Below the pieces are notes generated by a model. The model was not told the origin of the DNA. It saw only the letters and a list, made by a program, of their open reading frames with translations, and made no database searches. Positions 44,388-53,460 of a DNA stretch of 64,000 nucleotides are shown here, one piece after another (position 1 is the first letter of the stretch; each line of letters begins with the position of its first letter). The stretch spans positions 54,103 to 118,102 of the forward strand of contig CAWANH010000028.1 of the NCBI GenBank assembly GCA_963783375.1. Direction: 5' to 3'. The position numbers and the translations under genes were made by a program. This stretch comes from Candidatus Eiseniibacteriota bacterium (GTDB lineage: Bacteria > Eisenbacteria > RBG-16-71-46 > JABDJR01).

Positions 44388-47300
44388 ATGTGGCTCACCC
44401 GCCTGGCCGTCCGCCGCCCGGTCACCGTGGTCATGGTGCTGGTGTCGGTGCTCGTCCTGGGGGCGATCAGCCTCCGACGGGTCCCCCTGAACTTCCTTCC
44501 CAACGCGGAGCTCCCGTTCATCGGGGTGCTGATCCCCTACCCCAACGGCGTTCCCGGCCAGGTGGAAAAGGAGATCGCCCGCCCGGTGGAGGAGGTCCTG
44601 GCCACCATGGGCGGGGTCAAGGAAGTCTTCAGCCAGAGCGACGGCGAGCAGTGCTTCGTGGGGGTGGAGTTCAGCTGGGGACGCGACGTGAATCTCCTCC
44701 GGCTGGAGGTGAAGGAGAAGCTGGATCAGATCCGGCCGGACCTTCCCGCCGACGTCCGCGACATCATGCTCTTCACCTTCAACACCAACGACATCCCCAT
44801 CGTGGAAGGACGGATCAGCGCCAAGGACCACGACCTCTCCGGGAGCTACGACCTGATCGAGCACCGGATCGTGAACCGCCTCCAGCGGGTACCGGGGGTG
44901 GGACGGGTGGGGCTGGACGGGGTGGAGCCGGCCGACGTCTCGGTGTATCTGAAGCTCGACCGGATCAAGAAGCACCGGATCGACGTGGGGAGGCTCTTCG
45001 ATCAGCTCTCGGTCAGCAACTTCAACCTGAGCGTCGGACACGTGACCAAGGACGGTCTCCGGTACAACCTGCGTTCGGTCGGTTCGCTGGAGAGCCTGGA
45101 GGATCTGCGGAACCTCCCGGTGGACGACCGGGGGCTCAGGCTCCGGGACATCGCGGACGTGGTCTACGCCGAGCCCGCCCTCACCTACGGCCGCTTCCTC
45201 AACCGGGAGCCCGCGGTGGCCTTCTACATCCAGAAGGCGAGCGGGGCCAACACGGTGGAGGTGGTGAAGCGCATCAAGCAGGAGCTGGGCCGGATCAACC
45301 AGGATCCGGCCCTGGAGGGGATCGACGTCCTTCTCTTCTTCGACCAGGGAGAGCAGATCACCAACAGCCTGAACGGGCTCCTCCTCTCCGGTCTCATCGG
45401 CGGGGTGCTTGCCGTCCTGGTGCTCTACTTCTTCCTGCTCCGGATCGGCACCACCCTCATCGTGTCCCTGGCCATCCCCATCTCCATCATCGGGACCGCC
45501 TGCTTCCTCTACCTCACCGGGCGGAGCCTGAACGTGCTCTCCATGATGGGGCTCATGCTCGGAGTGGGCATGCTCATCGACAACGCGGTGGTGGTGCTGG
45601 AATCCATCTACCGGCGGATGGGCATGGGCGAGGACCCGGTCTCGGCCACGCTGAACGGCACCCGCGACGTGGGGAAGCCGGTGGTCTCGGCCACCCTGAC
45701 CTCGATCATCGTGTTCGCCCCGGTGATCTTCGGGGCCAAGAACGAGCTCACCACCTGGCTGGCCGAGGTCGGGGTGACCATCACCGTCACCCTGCTCCTC
45801 TCCCTGCTGGTGAGCCTCACCCTGATCCCCCTCCTCACCACGCATATCCTGAAGGGGGGAGCCCGGTCGGTGGCCCGGAACCCCCTGGTCGACCGCTGGA
45901 CCGCGGGCTACGAGAAGGTCCTCCGCTGGAGCGCGGTGCGCCACCCCTGGATCACCGGCGTCCCCATCGCCCTGGGGGTGCTGCTCCTCACCGCGGGGCT
46001 GGTCGCGGCCACCAAGTTCAAGCCCGATCCCATGGGTGAACGGGGGCTTCGACAGGAATACCTCCAGGTGACCTACGACTTCAGCGACAACCTGAACTAC
46101 CACCGCACCAAGGAGTACGTGGAAACCGTCCAGGACTCCCTGTGGAAGGTGAAGGACGACCTCGGCGTCAAGTACGTGTACTGCTTCTACCAGGACAACG
46201 CGGCGATCACCCGGCTCTACTTCGAGGACACGGCGCTCTCCGAGAAGCGGCTGAAGGATCTCCGGAAGCGGGTGCGGGCCGCGCTTCCCACCCTGGCCGG
46301 GGTCACCTACCGGCTGGGGGACGACGAGGGCAAGGGCTCGGGAGCCAAGCAATTCAGCGTCACGGTCTACGGCGAGGACTCCGAGGAGCTGAACGTCATG
46401 GCCTCGGAGGTGAAGCGCCGCCTGGCCATGGTCACCGACGTCCACGACGTCTCCACCGACGTCGAGCGCGGGGCGGAGGAGGTCCAGGTCCAGATCGACC
46501 CGGTCCGGGCCCGCCGCCTGGGACTGTCCCCCGGAGACGTGGCCCAGGTGATGGCGGTCACTTTCCGCGGCGTCCAGCTCCCGCGGGTCCGCGCCGAGAA
46601 CCGCGAGATCGATCTCTGGGTCTCGCTGGATCCCGCCGATCGCACCAGTATCGAGAATCTGAAGGGGCTCATGGTGGGCGAGGTCGGGGGCAGGGAGATC
46701 ACCCTCGACCAGGTGGCGTCGACGGCCATGGGGCGGGCCGCGGACCGCATCACCCGGCACAATCGGAAGACCTCGGTGGAGATCCGCGGAAGCTACGACG
46801 GGGACGAGTTCGACGCGGTCCTGAAAGAGGTTCGCGCTACCATGGAAACCGTCCACTTCCCTCCCGGCTACGGCTGGAACTTCGGGAGCCGGATCGTGGA
46901 GGCCCGGGAACAACAGGGGCAGATGGGGATCAACGTGCTCCTGGCGCTCCTCTGCGTCTACATGGTGATGGCCAGCCTCTTCGAGTCCCTGGTCCACCCG
47001 GCCACGGTGATGTTCTGCATTCCGTTCGCCAGCCTGGGGGTGATCTGGTTCATGATCGCCACCAACACCCCGTTCAACCTCATGGCCATGATCGGCATGG
47101 TGATCCTGGTGGGGGTGGTGGTGAACAACGGCATCGTGCTGGTGGCGCACATCAACCAGCTCCGGCGCGAGGGGTGCTCGCTGGACGAGGCCCTGGTGCG
47201 GGGCGGCCGGGAGCGGTTCCGGCCGATCATGATGACCGCCACCACCACCGTCCTCGGCCTCATTCCCCTGGCCCTGGGGGGAAGCCACGTGGGGGACCTC

Positions 47301-47513
47301 GATCTCTATCCCATGGCCCGGGCGCTGATCGGCGGTCTCACCAGCTCGACCCTTCTCACCCTGATCATGCTCCCGGTGTACTATCAGCTCACCGAGCGGA
47401 TGCGGGCGCGCCTGGTCCGGCTCTTCCCAGGCCTCGCCCATCTCGCCTCGCGGGTCCGCGCGCGGGTGCGACGCCGCCCGGCCGGAGCGGTCCTGCCCGA
47501 TGCGACGCAGTAG
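44388..47513 (+). CDS. RND family efflux permease (AcrB/MdtC-like), second of two
   Basis: ATG 44388 lies 3 nt after the previous stop. The product is 1041 aa and paralogous to the upstream pump, with GLMLGVGMLIDNAVVVLE and GMVILVGVVVNNGIVL. Confidence 0.95.
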   Translation: MWLTRLAVRRPVTVVMVLVSVLVLGAISLRRVPLNFLPNAELPFIGVLIPYPNGVPGQVEKEIARPVEEVLATMGGVKEVFSQSDGEQCFVGVEFSWGRDVNLLRLEVKEKLDQIRPDLPADVRDIMLFTFNTNDIPIVEGRISAKDHDLSGSYDLIEHRIVNRLQRVPGVGRVGLDGVEPADVSVYLKLDRIKKHRIDVGRLFDQLSVSNFNLSVGHVTKDGLRYNLRSVGSLESLEDLRNLPVDDRGLRLRDIADVVYAEPALTYGRFLNREPAVAFYIQKASGANTVEVVKRIKQELGRINQDPALEGIDVLLFFDQGEQITNSLNGLLLSGLIGGVLAVLVLYFFLLRIGTTLIVSLAIPISIIGTACFLYLTGRSLNVLSMMGLMLGVGMLIDNAVVVLESIYRRMGMGEDPVSATLNGTRDVGKPVVSATLTSIIVFAPVIFGAKNELTTWLAEVGVTITVTLLLSLLVSLTLIPLLTTHILKGGARSVARNPLVDRWTAGYEKVLRWSAVRHPWITGVPIALGVLLLTAGLVAATKFKPDPMGERGLRQEYLQVTYDFSDNLNYHRTKEYVETVQDSLWKVKDDLGVKYVYCFYQDNAAITRLYFEDTALSEKRLKDLRKRVRAALPTLAGVTYRLGDDEGKGSGAKQFSVTVYGEDSEELNVMASEVKRRLAMVTDVHDVSTDVERGAEEVQVQIDPVRARRLGLSPGDVAQVMAVTFRGVQLPRVRAENREIDLWVSLDPADRTSIENLKGLMVGEVGGREITLDQVASTAMGRAADRITRHNRKTSVEIRGSYDGDEFDAVLKEVRATMETVHFPPGYGWNFGSRIVEAREQQGQMGINVLLALLCVYMVMASLFESLVHPATVMFCIPFASLGVIWFMIATNTPFNLMAMIGMVILVGVVVNNGIVLVAHINQLRREGCSLDEALVRGGRERFRPIMMTATTTVLGLIPLALGGSHVGDLDLYPMARALIGGLTSSTLLTLIMLPVYYQLTERMRARLVRLFPGLAHLASRVRARVRRRPAGAVLPDATQ

Positions 47514-47569
47514 CACGTCGCGCCACCGGAACCTTGAAGCCATTCGACCCGACCCGGGGGAGTAGGAAC

Positions 47570-48799
47570 ATGAAACACCTCAACGCTCTCGCCCTTCCCG
47601 TCCTTCTCGGCGCGCTCGGCGTCTTCGGCGGCCTCGCGCTTGCCGCCCCCGCCGCCCATGCCGGCGGCGGCGCGCTCTACGGCACCGTGACCACCCAGGC
47701 CGGGGACACCCACACCGGGGAAATCCGCTGGGACAAGAACGAGAACTACTGGGATGACTACCTGGACGCACGGAAGAACGACGAGGTGGAAGTGGCGGAG
47801 GAAGGGGGGCTCGATCTCCGGATTTTCGGGCTCCAGGTGGTGAAGACCAGTCATCACGGCCGGGACCACGTCCGTAGCCAGTTCAGCATCCCCATGGGTC
47901 ACATCCTTTCCATCGAGGCCGGCCATGGGGATCTGACCCGGATCACCCTCAAGAACGGGGAAACGGTGGAGGTTCGGAACACCGGGGACCTGGGCGGGAA
48001 CATGCGGGGGATCACGGTGACCGGCGTCTCGGGGGAGACGACCGAGCTGGCCTGGAAGGACCTCGACCGGGTGGAGTTCGCTCCCAACCCCGGTCCCGCC
48101 GCCGACCAGGCGCGCCTGTGGGGAACGGTGGAAACCGCGGCGGGCACGTTCACCGGCGCCGTGGTCTGGGACCGGGACGAGGCCGAGGTCTCGGACATCC
48201 TGGACGGCGACCAGGACGGGATGCGGCGGAAGGTTCCGTTCGGGGAGATCGCGAGCGTCGAGCCCATGGGAAAGAGCCGGGCCAAGGTGACGCTCCATTC
48301 GGGGAAGGTGATGGTTCTTTCCGGGACCAACGACGTGAACTCGGAGAATCGCGGGATCGAGGTGACCCTGGAGGGGCTGGGCAAGGTGGAGGTCGGATGG
48401 TCGGAGCTTCACCGGGTGAGCTTCACGCCGGCTCCCCCCTCCCGGGGGTACGAGGCCTTCGACGGGGGCGGCCCCATCCGCGGGACGGTGATCACCCGCG
48501 GCGGAGAGGAGCTTCAGGGCGAGGTGATCTGGGACCGCGACGAAGCGCGGACCTGGGAGTCGCTGGACGGGGAGATGCGCGGGGTGAAATTCCAGATCCT
48601 CTTCGGGAACATCGCGCGCATCGATCGCCAGTCCGAGGCCTCGGCCAAGGTGACCATGCGGGACGGGTTGAGCTTCGAGCTCTCGGGCTCCAACGACGTC
48701 AACGACAAGAACAAGGGGATCGAAGTGGTCGCCCCCGACGGGACGAGCACCGAAGTGCCCTGGGAGGACCTGGTCTCGGTGGACTTCACCGCGAGCTGA
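47570..48799 (+). CDS. Secreted protein built from three tandem repeats of about 125 aa; unknown family
   Basis: GGGGGAG RBS, then ATG 47570 and a signal peptide. Each repeat starts L(Y/W)GTV.T..G...TG.(I/V).WD and ends G..V.W..L..V.F. Confidence 0.8.
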   Translation: MKHLNALALPVLLGALGVFGGLALAAPAAHAGGGALYGTVTTQAGDTHTGEIRWDKNENYWDDYLDARKNDEVEVAEEGGLDLRIFGLQVVKTSHHGRDHVRSQFSIPMGHILSIEAGHGDLTRITLKNGETVEVRNTGDLGGNMRGITVTGVSGETTELAWKDLDRVEFAPNPGPAADQARLWGTVETAAGTFTGAVVWDRDEAEVSDILDGDQDGMRRKVPFGEIASVEPMGKSRAKVTLHSGKVMVLSGTNDVNSENRGIEVTLEGLGKVEVGWSELHRVSFTPAPPSRGYEAFDGGGPIRGTVITRGGEELQGEVIWDRDEARTWESLDGEMRGVKFQILFGNIARIDRQSEASAKVTMRDGLSFELSGSNDVNDKNKGIEVVAPDGTSTEVPWEDLVSVDFTAS

Positions 48800-48854
48800 G
48801 GGCTTCGGTAGTCATGCTCCGACTCGGCCGGGGGGATCCTCGCCGCGACGGGTT

Positions 48855-49538
48855 TCAAACCGGTCGATGCGGCGGCGAGTCCCGCCCGTCCTCGCCGTTC
48901 ACCACCAGCCGCCAGCGATCGAAGGGCAGAGCCTCGAGCCGTCCGGCGAGACCCGCGCGCACCACCAGCCCCCGGATCTCCTCCGGGGTGTAGGCGCGCT
49001 CCACGCTCACCGGACCGTCGTAGCGGGCCAGCCGGCTTCGGGTGAAGAGCCGGGTCACGAGGAAAACCATCCACCAGAGCCGTCGTCGCCGCGCCAGGTC
49101 CACCACCACCACCGTCCGGCCGACCCGGGCCATCTCGGTCAGGACCCCGAGGATCTCCTCTTCGCGGAGATGGTGGAGAAAGAGGTGGCAGCAGACGGTG
49201 TCGAAGGCGCGGTCGGGGAAGGGGAGCGCCGAGGCCTCGGCGCGGACGCGCACCACCGCCGGGGACAAGCGGCCGGCCGCTTCGAGCGCGCGGGCGCTTC
49301 GGTCCACCCCCACCGCCCAGCGGGCCCGGCCCCGTTCGAGCAGATAGGCCGGGATGTCCGCGCCGCCGGCGGCCACGTCGAGCACCCGCCCGGGACGGAC
49401 CGCCGCGGCCAGGAACCGGCGGCTGAGGCTCCAGCGGTTGATACGGGCCAGGAACCGGAACGCGCGCTCCACCTCCGGCCCCGGTTGCCCGGGGTCGTCC
49501 ATGATTTCCGGGCGGTCCCGGCGCCGGCTCCAGTCCAC
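48855..49538 (-). CDS. Class I SAM-dependent methyltransferase
   Basis: GTG start at 49538, 2 nt after the upstream stop (alternative ATG at 49503). VLDVAAGGADI is motif I, with DTVCCHLFLHHL. Confidence 0.85.
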   Translation of the reverse strand: MDWSRRRDRPEIMDDPGQPGPEVERAFRFLARINRWSLSRRFLAAAVRPGRVLDVAAGGADIPAYLLERGRARWAVGVDRSARALEAAGRLSPAVVRVRAEASALPFPDRAFDTVCCHLFLHHLREEEILGVLTEMARVGRTVVVVDLARRRRLWWMVFLVTRLFTRSRLARYDGPVSVERAYTPEEIRGLVVRAGLAGRLEALPFDRWRLVVNGEDGRDSPPHRPV

Positions 49539-49540
49539 GG

Positions 49541-50623
49541 TCAGGGCACCGCGCGGAGGAGAAACCCGACCGGGGAGCGGCCGGGATCGAGGCCGGTCGC
49601 CGCCCGCACCAGCGGGACCAGGGCCTGCGGCCGCCGTAGAAGCCGCCGGGCCAGGGCGGGGTGGGCCGAAGCCCCAGCCAGCCACCGCGTCACCCGCTCC
49701 AGGGGCCGGCGAAACGCGCGGGCGCGCGCTTCGAATTCGGCTTCGTGTCCCCGACCTCCCAGCACCCGCTCCACGGTCTCCGCGGCCATCTCCGCGGTGG
49801 CCAGGGCGACGGAGATCCCCTGGCCGCTCACCGGATCGATCCGCCCCGCCGCGTCTCCGATGAGGACCCAACCCGGTCCGGACCAGGCGCGCGCACGGGT
49901 GGCAAGAGGCGCGGCGGCGAGGACCGGCCCGGCCGCGACCACGGCCACCGTCCGATGCGGAAGGACCTCGCGCAAGAACGGGATCACCGCGTCGGGGCGT
50001 GGGGCGGCGCGCCGGTCGAGGAGGAGCGCGACCAAGGTGAGCCCCCGATCCACCGGAGTCAGGTAGACCTCGCCCCCGGGAATGAGAGCCACCTCCACCG
50101 TCCCGGGTTCCGCGTCGAAGCCGGTGAGATGCGTGGAGAGGCCCACCCGGCCCGGCGGGGCGTCCACCCGGATCCCGAAAGAGCGATGAAAGACCGAGGT
50201 CGGTCCGTCCGCCCCGATCAGGAACCGTCCCTCGAAGGTCCCCCGGTCGGTGTGGACGCGGCCCGGCTCCACCCGGTGGACGCCGGCGCGGACCACCCGC
50301 GCGCCGGAGCCTTCCGCGTGGCGAATCAGGGCGTGGTCCAGGTGGAGGCGCCGGACCGCGAGACCGCTTCCTTCCGGAAACGGCAGGAATGCGGTTTCAC
50401 CGTCCACGCGAAAGCGGAGACCGCGCACCGAACGGGCTTCGGGAAGGGCCACGCCGATCCGGTCGAGCACGGCCTTTCCGTGGGGGAGGATGCCTTCCCC
50501 GCAGGCCTTTTCCCGGGGAAAGCGGTCCCGGTCCAGGACAAGCACCGAGAAGCCGCGGCGGGCCAGGAACGAGGCGGCGGCGGAACCCGCCGGACCTCCA
50601 CCGACACAGATGACGTCGAACAT
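49541..50623 (-). CDS. FAD-dependent oxidoreductase (geranylgeranyl reductase family)
   Basis: Starts at ATG 50623 (MFDVICVGGGPAGSAAASFLARRGFSVLVLDR, a Rossmann GxGxxG). IGADG and GDAAGRIDPVSGQGI are also present. Confidence 0.9.
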   Translation of the reverse strand: MFDVICVGGGPAGSAAASFLARRGFSVLVLDRDRFPREKACGEGILPHGKAVLDRIGVALPEARSVRGLRFRVDGETAFLPFPEGSGLAVRRLHLDHALIRHAEGSGARVVRAGVHRVEPGRVHTDRGTFEGRFLIGADGPTSVFHRSFGIRVDAPPGRVGLSTHLTGFDAEPGTVEVALIPGGEVYLTPVDRGLTLVALLLDRRAAPRPDAVIPFLREVLPHRTVAVVAAGPVLAAAPLATRARAWSGPGWVLIGDAAGRIDPVSGQGISVALATAEMAAETVERVLGGRGHEAEFEARARAFRRPLERVTRWLAGASAHPALARRLLRRPQALVPLVRAATGLDPGRSPVGFLLRAVP

Positions 50624-50769
50624 GGGCACATCATACCCCGGAGGGTGCGAGCCGGGCGGCGGCGGGCGCGGGGAGGGTGGCGCGGCTCCGGCGTGGCCGC
50701 GGATCCGGGGGGCTGGTACTCTCGATCCATCACTTCGCCGGCCAACCACCTCGAATGGAGACCGATCCC

Positions 50770-51479
50770 ATGCCTACCTTACCCGACTCCGGCCGGCGCG
50801 ACGGGCGATCTTCCCCCTGGCGGTTCTGGCGGCGGCAGCGTTGCCGATCCGGGCGGCGGTCTCGCCCGCGGGGGCCGGGCCGCCGGCAGTTCCGGCCGCG
50901 GTCCCGGCCGGGGTGGACACTTCCGGCCTGGCCGGCGGGCGTTACGGCGTGATGGAGACCCTCCTCGAGAAGACGATCTTCAAGGTGGACGTCCTCACCC
51001 TGACGCTCCGGGTGGATCCGGCGACCGCATCGCGTCTGGGGGAACTCGTCACCGGAGCCGGTCCCCGGTCGGCCCGGGAGGATTCCGCGGTGGCCGCGAT
51101 CCTGCGCGCGCCGGACGTCCTGGCCGAGATCCGGTTCAAGCGCACGGTGAGCCTCGGCCAGTTCCTGGGCGGCGTGCGCGACGATATGAAGAAGGCCCTG
51201 GCCGCCGGCATCATCAGCCGGGGCCGATTCGAGGCGGTGAGCGACTCCCTCCCGGTTTGGTTTTCCTTTCTCGGCGACCGGAAGGCCCGGGAAGGCGACA
51301 CGGTCTTCTACCGGATGGACCCGGACTCCATGCGCACGGTGTATGTCGGGCGGGACGGTGAGGTGCTGCTCGATCTTCTCCAGCCCGATCCGCGGGCTCG
51401 CCTGGGGGTCCTGGGGAGCTATCTCGCCCCGGGTTCGGATTTCCGGGACGGGCTTCTGCGGAGCCTGTTCGGCGGCTGA
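50770..51479 (+). CDS. Exported hypothetical protein; start unresolved (probable 1-nt indel in C-run 50813-50817)
   Basis: The coding frame (…AIFPLAVLAAAALPIRAAVS… to stop 51479) has no plausible start after the divergent gene. ATG 50770 in the adjacent frame would give MPTLPDSGRRDGRSSP + LAVLAAAAL..., a proper signal peptide, if one C is missing. Confidence 0.55.
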
Positions 51480-52109
51480 GGCCGTCGCCGACGCGGCACT
51501 CGAATGGCAGTAAATTGCATGTCGGCCCCTCCCTGCCACCGCGATACGAACCCACAAAACAAGTAATTTTGTTTGTATATTGAGGTACCCGGGTACACCA
51601 AACGTGCAGTATTTCGCCACGCGGAGGTCTTCCTGGGGCCGTCGCGGGGTTCGGTCCTGTCCCCCCGTTCTGGACTCCGGCAGCCCGGCCCGGAAGGAGC
51701 GGACACCTGCCCCGATCCGACGAAGTGGTCTCTCAGCACGAAATGGCTGTGAACGGCGGGCGAGGTGCACCGCGTGCGGCCGCCGGGGCCGGCCATGCCC
51801 CTGAGCGAGGCGCGAATCTGAAGGCGCGATGGGTGCGAAGCGGGTCCCATCGCGTATGAAGAGCAAGCGAGGAAACGTCCGGTGGACGTTTCGAGCGAGC
51901 GCTGAGCGCCGAGACGAAGGGGCACCGGCCCCGAGGCCGCGCCCCGCAGACCCGCGACGATCCGGGCCGGGCCGGAGCGCCGAGGCGCGCGGGCCCAGCG
52001 CGCGGGCGCCGAGGCGAGCGGGCGCCGCCGCCCGACAACGCCGCCCCCGGCGCCGCGATTCACCCGGGTGAACTCCCCGGCCCCGCGCACCACCCGCGTC
52101 GCCTCGAAT

Positions 52110-52142
52110 GGGTGAGCTTCCCGACCCGCCCGAAGCCCTTTT
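52110..52142 (+). terminator. Intrinsic-terminator-like hairpin with a T-run
   Basis: GCTTC (52116-52120) pairs with GAAGC (52132-52136) around an 11-nt loop. The stem is extended by GG/CC across a TGA bulge and followed by TTTT (52139-52142). Confidence 0.35.
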
Positions 52143-52210
52143 GAAAAATCCCCCCCGGTTGGGTTAGACTGCGGGCTCCAGCCCAAAGCACCGACCAAAA
52201 CTGAAGGCCC

Positions 52211-52993
52211 ATGCCCCTCTACGACCCACAGCGCGTTCGTCCTCGCGCGGTCGCGATCCTGCGTGCCGCCGCGGTCTTCTTTCTGTTCGTCCATCCGCTC
52301 TTCGAGCTGGCGTCCTCGACCGACGCCCGGGCGGGGAGCCTCCGGGGCTCCCTGGCCTCGGTGCGGCGGCAGGACCGGGAAGCCGATCTCAACGACTTCA
52401 CCCGCCTTCGCACGCCGGCCCAGGTGAAGAAGTTCCTGAAGCTGGGGCTGTTGGTTCCGGTTCCCGGAAACGCCGACTACGACCTGGACCGCGAAGTCTC
52501 CTTCCCGGTGGCCCGGCCGGAGGTGAAGCTCTTCGTGGAGCGGCTGGCCCGCCAGTACCACGCCGCCACCGGGGAGAAGCTCGTGGTCACGAGCCTCACC
52601 CGCCCGATCTCCGACCAGCCCATGAACGCGTCGGATCTGTCGGTGCATCCGGCCGGGATGGCGGTGGACTTCCATCGGAGCTCGAGCCGCGCCTCCCGCC
52701 GGTGGCTGGAGCGGGTGCTCCTCTCCCTGGAGGATCGCGGGGTGCTCGAGGCCACCCGCGAACGCCATCCTCCCCATTACCACGTGGCGGTGTTCCCCAA
52801 GCTCTACGCCGCCTACGTGGCACGGATCGCCGGCGGACCCGACACCGTCACCCACCGGGTCCGACGCGGCGAGAGTCTCTGGCAGATCGCGCGGCGCTAC
52901 GGCAGCACGGTCCGGGAGATCCAGACGGCCAACGGAATGGACACCGCGGACATCCGCCCGGGGATGAAGCTCACCATCCCCCAGCTCCGGTAG
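52211..52993 (+). CDS. DUF5715-like (M15-type peptidase fold) + C-terminal LysM domain protein
   Basis: Track ORF with an N-terminal TM/signal segment. The C-terminal THRVRRGESLWQIARRYGSTVREIQTANGMDTADIRPGMKLTIP is a LysM repeat. Confidence 0.8.
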   Translation: MPLYDPQRVRPRAVAILRAAAVFFLFVHPLFELASSTDARAGSLRGSLASVRRQDREADLNDFTRLRTPAQVKKFLKLGLLVPVPGNADYDLDREVSFPVARPEVKLFVERLARQYHAATGEKLVVTSLTRPISDQPMNASDLSVHPAGMAVDFHRSSSRASRRWLERVLLSLEDRGVLEATRERHPPHYHVAVFPKLYAAYVARIAGGPDTVTHRVRRGESLWQIARRYGSTVREIQTANGMDTADIRPGMKLTIPQLR

Positions 52994-53175
52994 GGACCCG
53001 GCCGCTCCGCGTCCCGGTCTCCCCGCCGCGACCCGCCCCGTAGGCGCCCCCCGAATCTCGGCCCGGCGCGTAAACGGCTATACTTCCCCCACGGGCCGTC
53101 CCGCGGCGAGACGCCGCCGGTCCGTCCGGGGCGGCACCGGGGTCGCGCCCGAACCTCATGCGTGAAGGAGCGGTC

Positions 53176-53460
53176 ATGGTCAGCGCCATCGTCCTTTTGA
53201 GCCTCGAACGGGACAGGATCAACGAAGTGGCCGGGAAGCTGGTGGACCAGGAGGGGATCACCGAGGTGTACTCGGTGGCCGGGCAATACGACCTGGTGGC
53301 CATGGTGCGTGCCCGGGACAACGATGCCCTCGCCGACCTCATCACCGGCCACCTGCTCCAGGTGGAGGGCATCCTTCGCTCCGAGACCCTCATCGCCTTC
53401 CGCGTCTACTCCCGGTTCGACCTGGAACGGATGTTCTCCATCGGCATGGAGCCCGAGTGA
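53176..53460 (+). CDS. Stand-alone Lrp/AsnC-type ligand-binding (RAM) domain protein
   Basis: GAAGGAG RBS, then ATG 53176. MVSAIVLLSLERDRINEVAGKLVDQEGITEVYSVAGQYDLVAMVRARD fits the AsnC_trans_reg fold. Confidence 0.7.
   Translation: MVSAIVLLSLERDRINEVAGKLVDQEGITEVYSVAGQYDLVAMVRARDNDALADLITGHLLQVEGILRSETLIAFRVYSRFDLERMFSIGMEPE

Noticed and set aside
41073-47543. Very long antisense ORFs: 2156 aa here, and also 2655..5276, 9120..11756, 15174..18341, 56957..59884, 483..2189, 59610..61292 and 61156..62838 on the minus strand, plus many +1/+2 frame ORFs.
   Set aside because: Their translations are Arg/Gly/Pro/His-rich with no protein-like motifs. They lie exactly opposite genes with strong family signatures. 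This is the classic high-GC shadow ORF pattern.
51689-51702. CCCGGAAGGAGCGG, resembling the SRP RNA helix 8 GGAA tetraloop region.
   Set aside because: The near-invariant AGCA/CAGG symmetric-loop nucleotides are not reproduced (AGCG instead). I could not fold a long closing helix around it.
51869-51882. GAGGAAACGTCCGG, resembling the conserved RNase P RNA box GAGGAAAGTCCGGGC.
   Set aside because: It has one insertion. It is simply one arm of a perfect local hairpin (51872-51892). None of the other RNase P conserved boxes (for example ACAGAA-CCGGCTTA) are present nearby.
51829-52071. An 80-aa ORF (MGAKRVPSRMKSKRGNVRW...) and a 74-aa ORF (51580..51804) inside the large intergenic region.
   Set aside because: They are extremely Arg/Pro/Ala-rich low-complexity translations with no RBS, consistent with non-coding GC-rich DNA.
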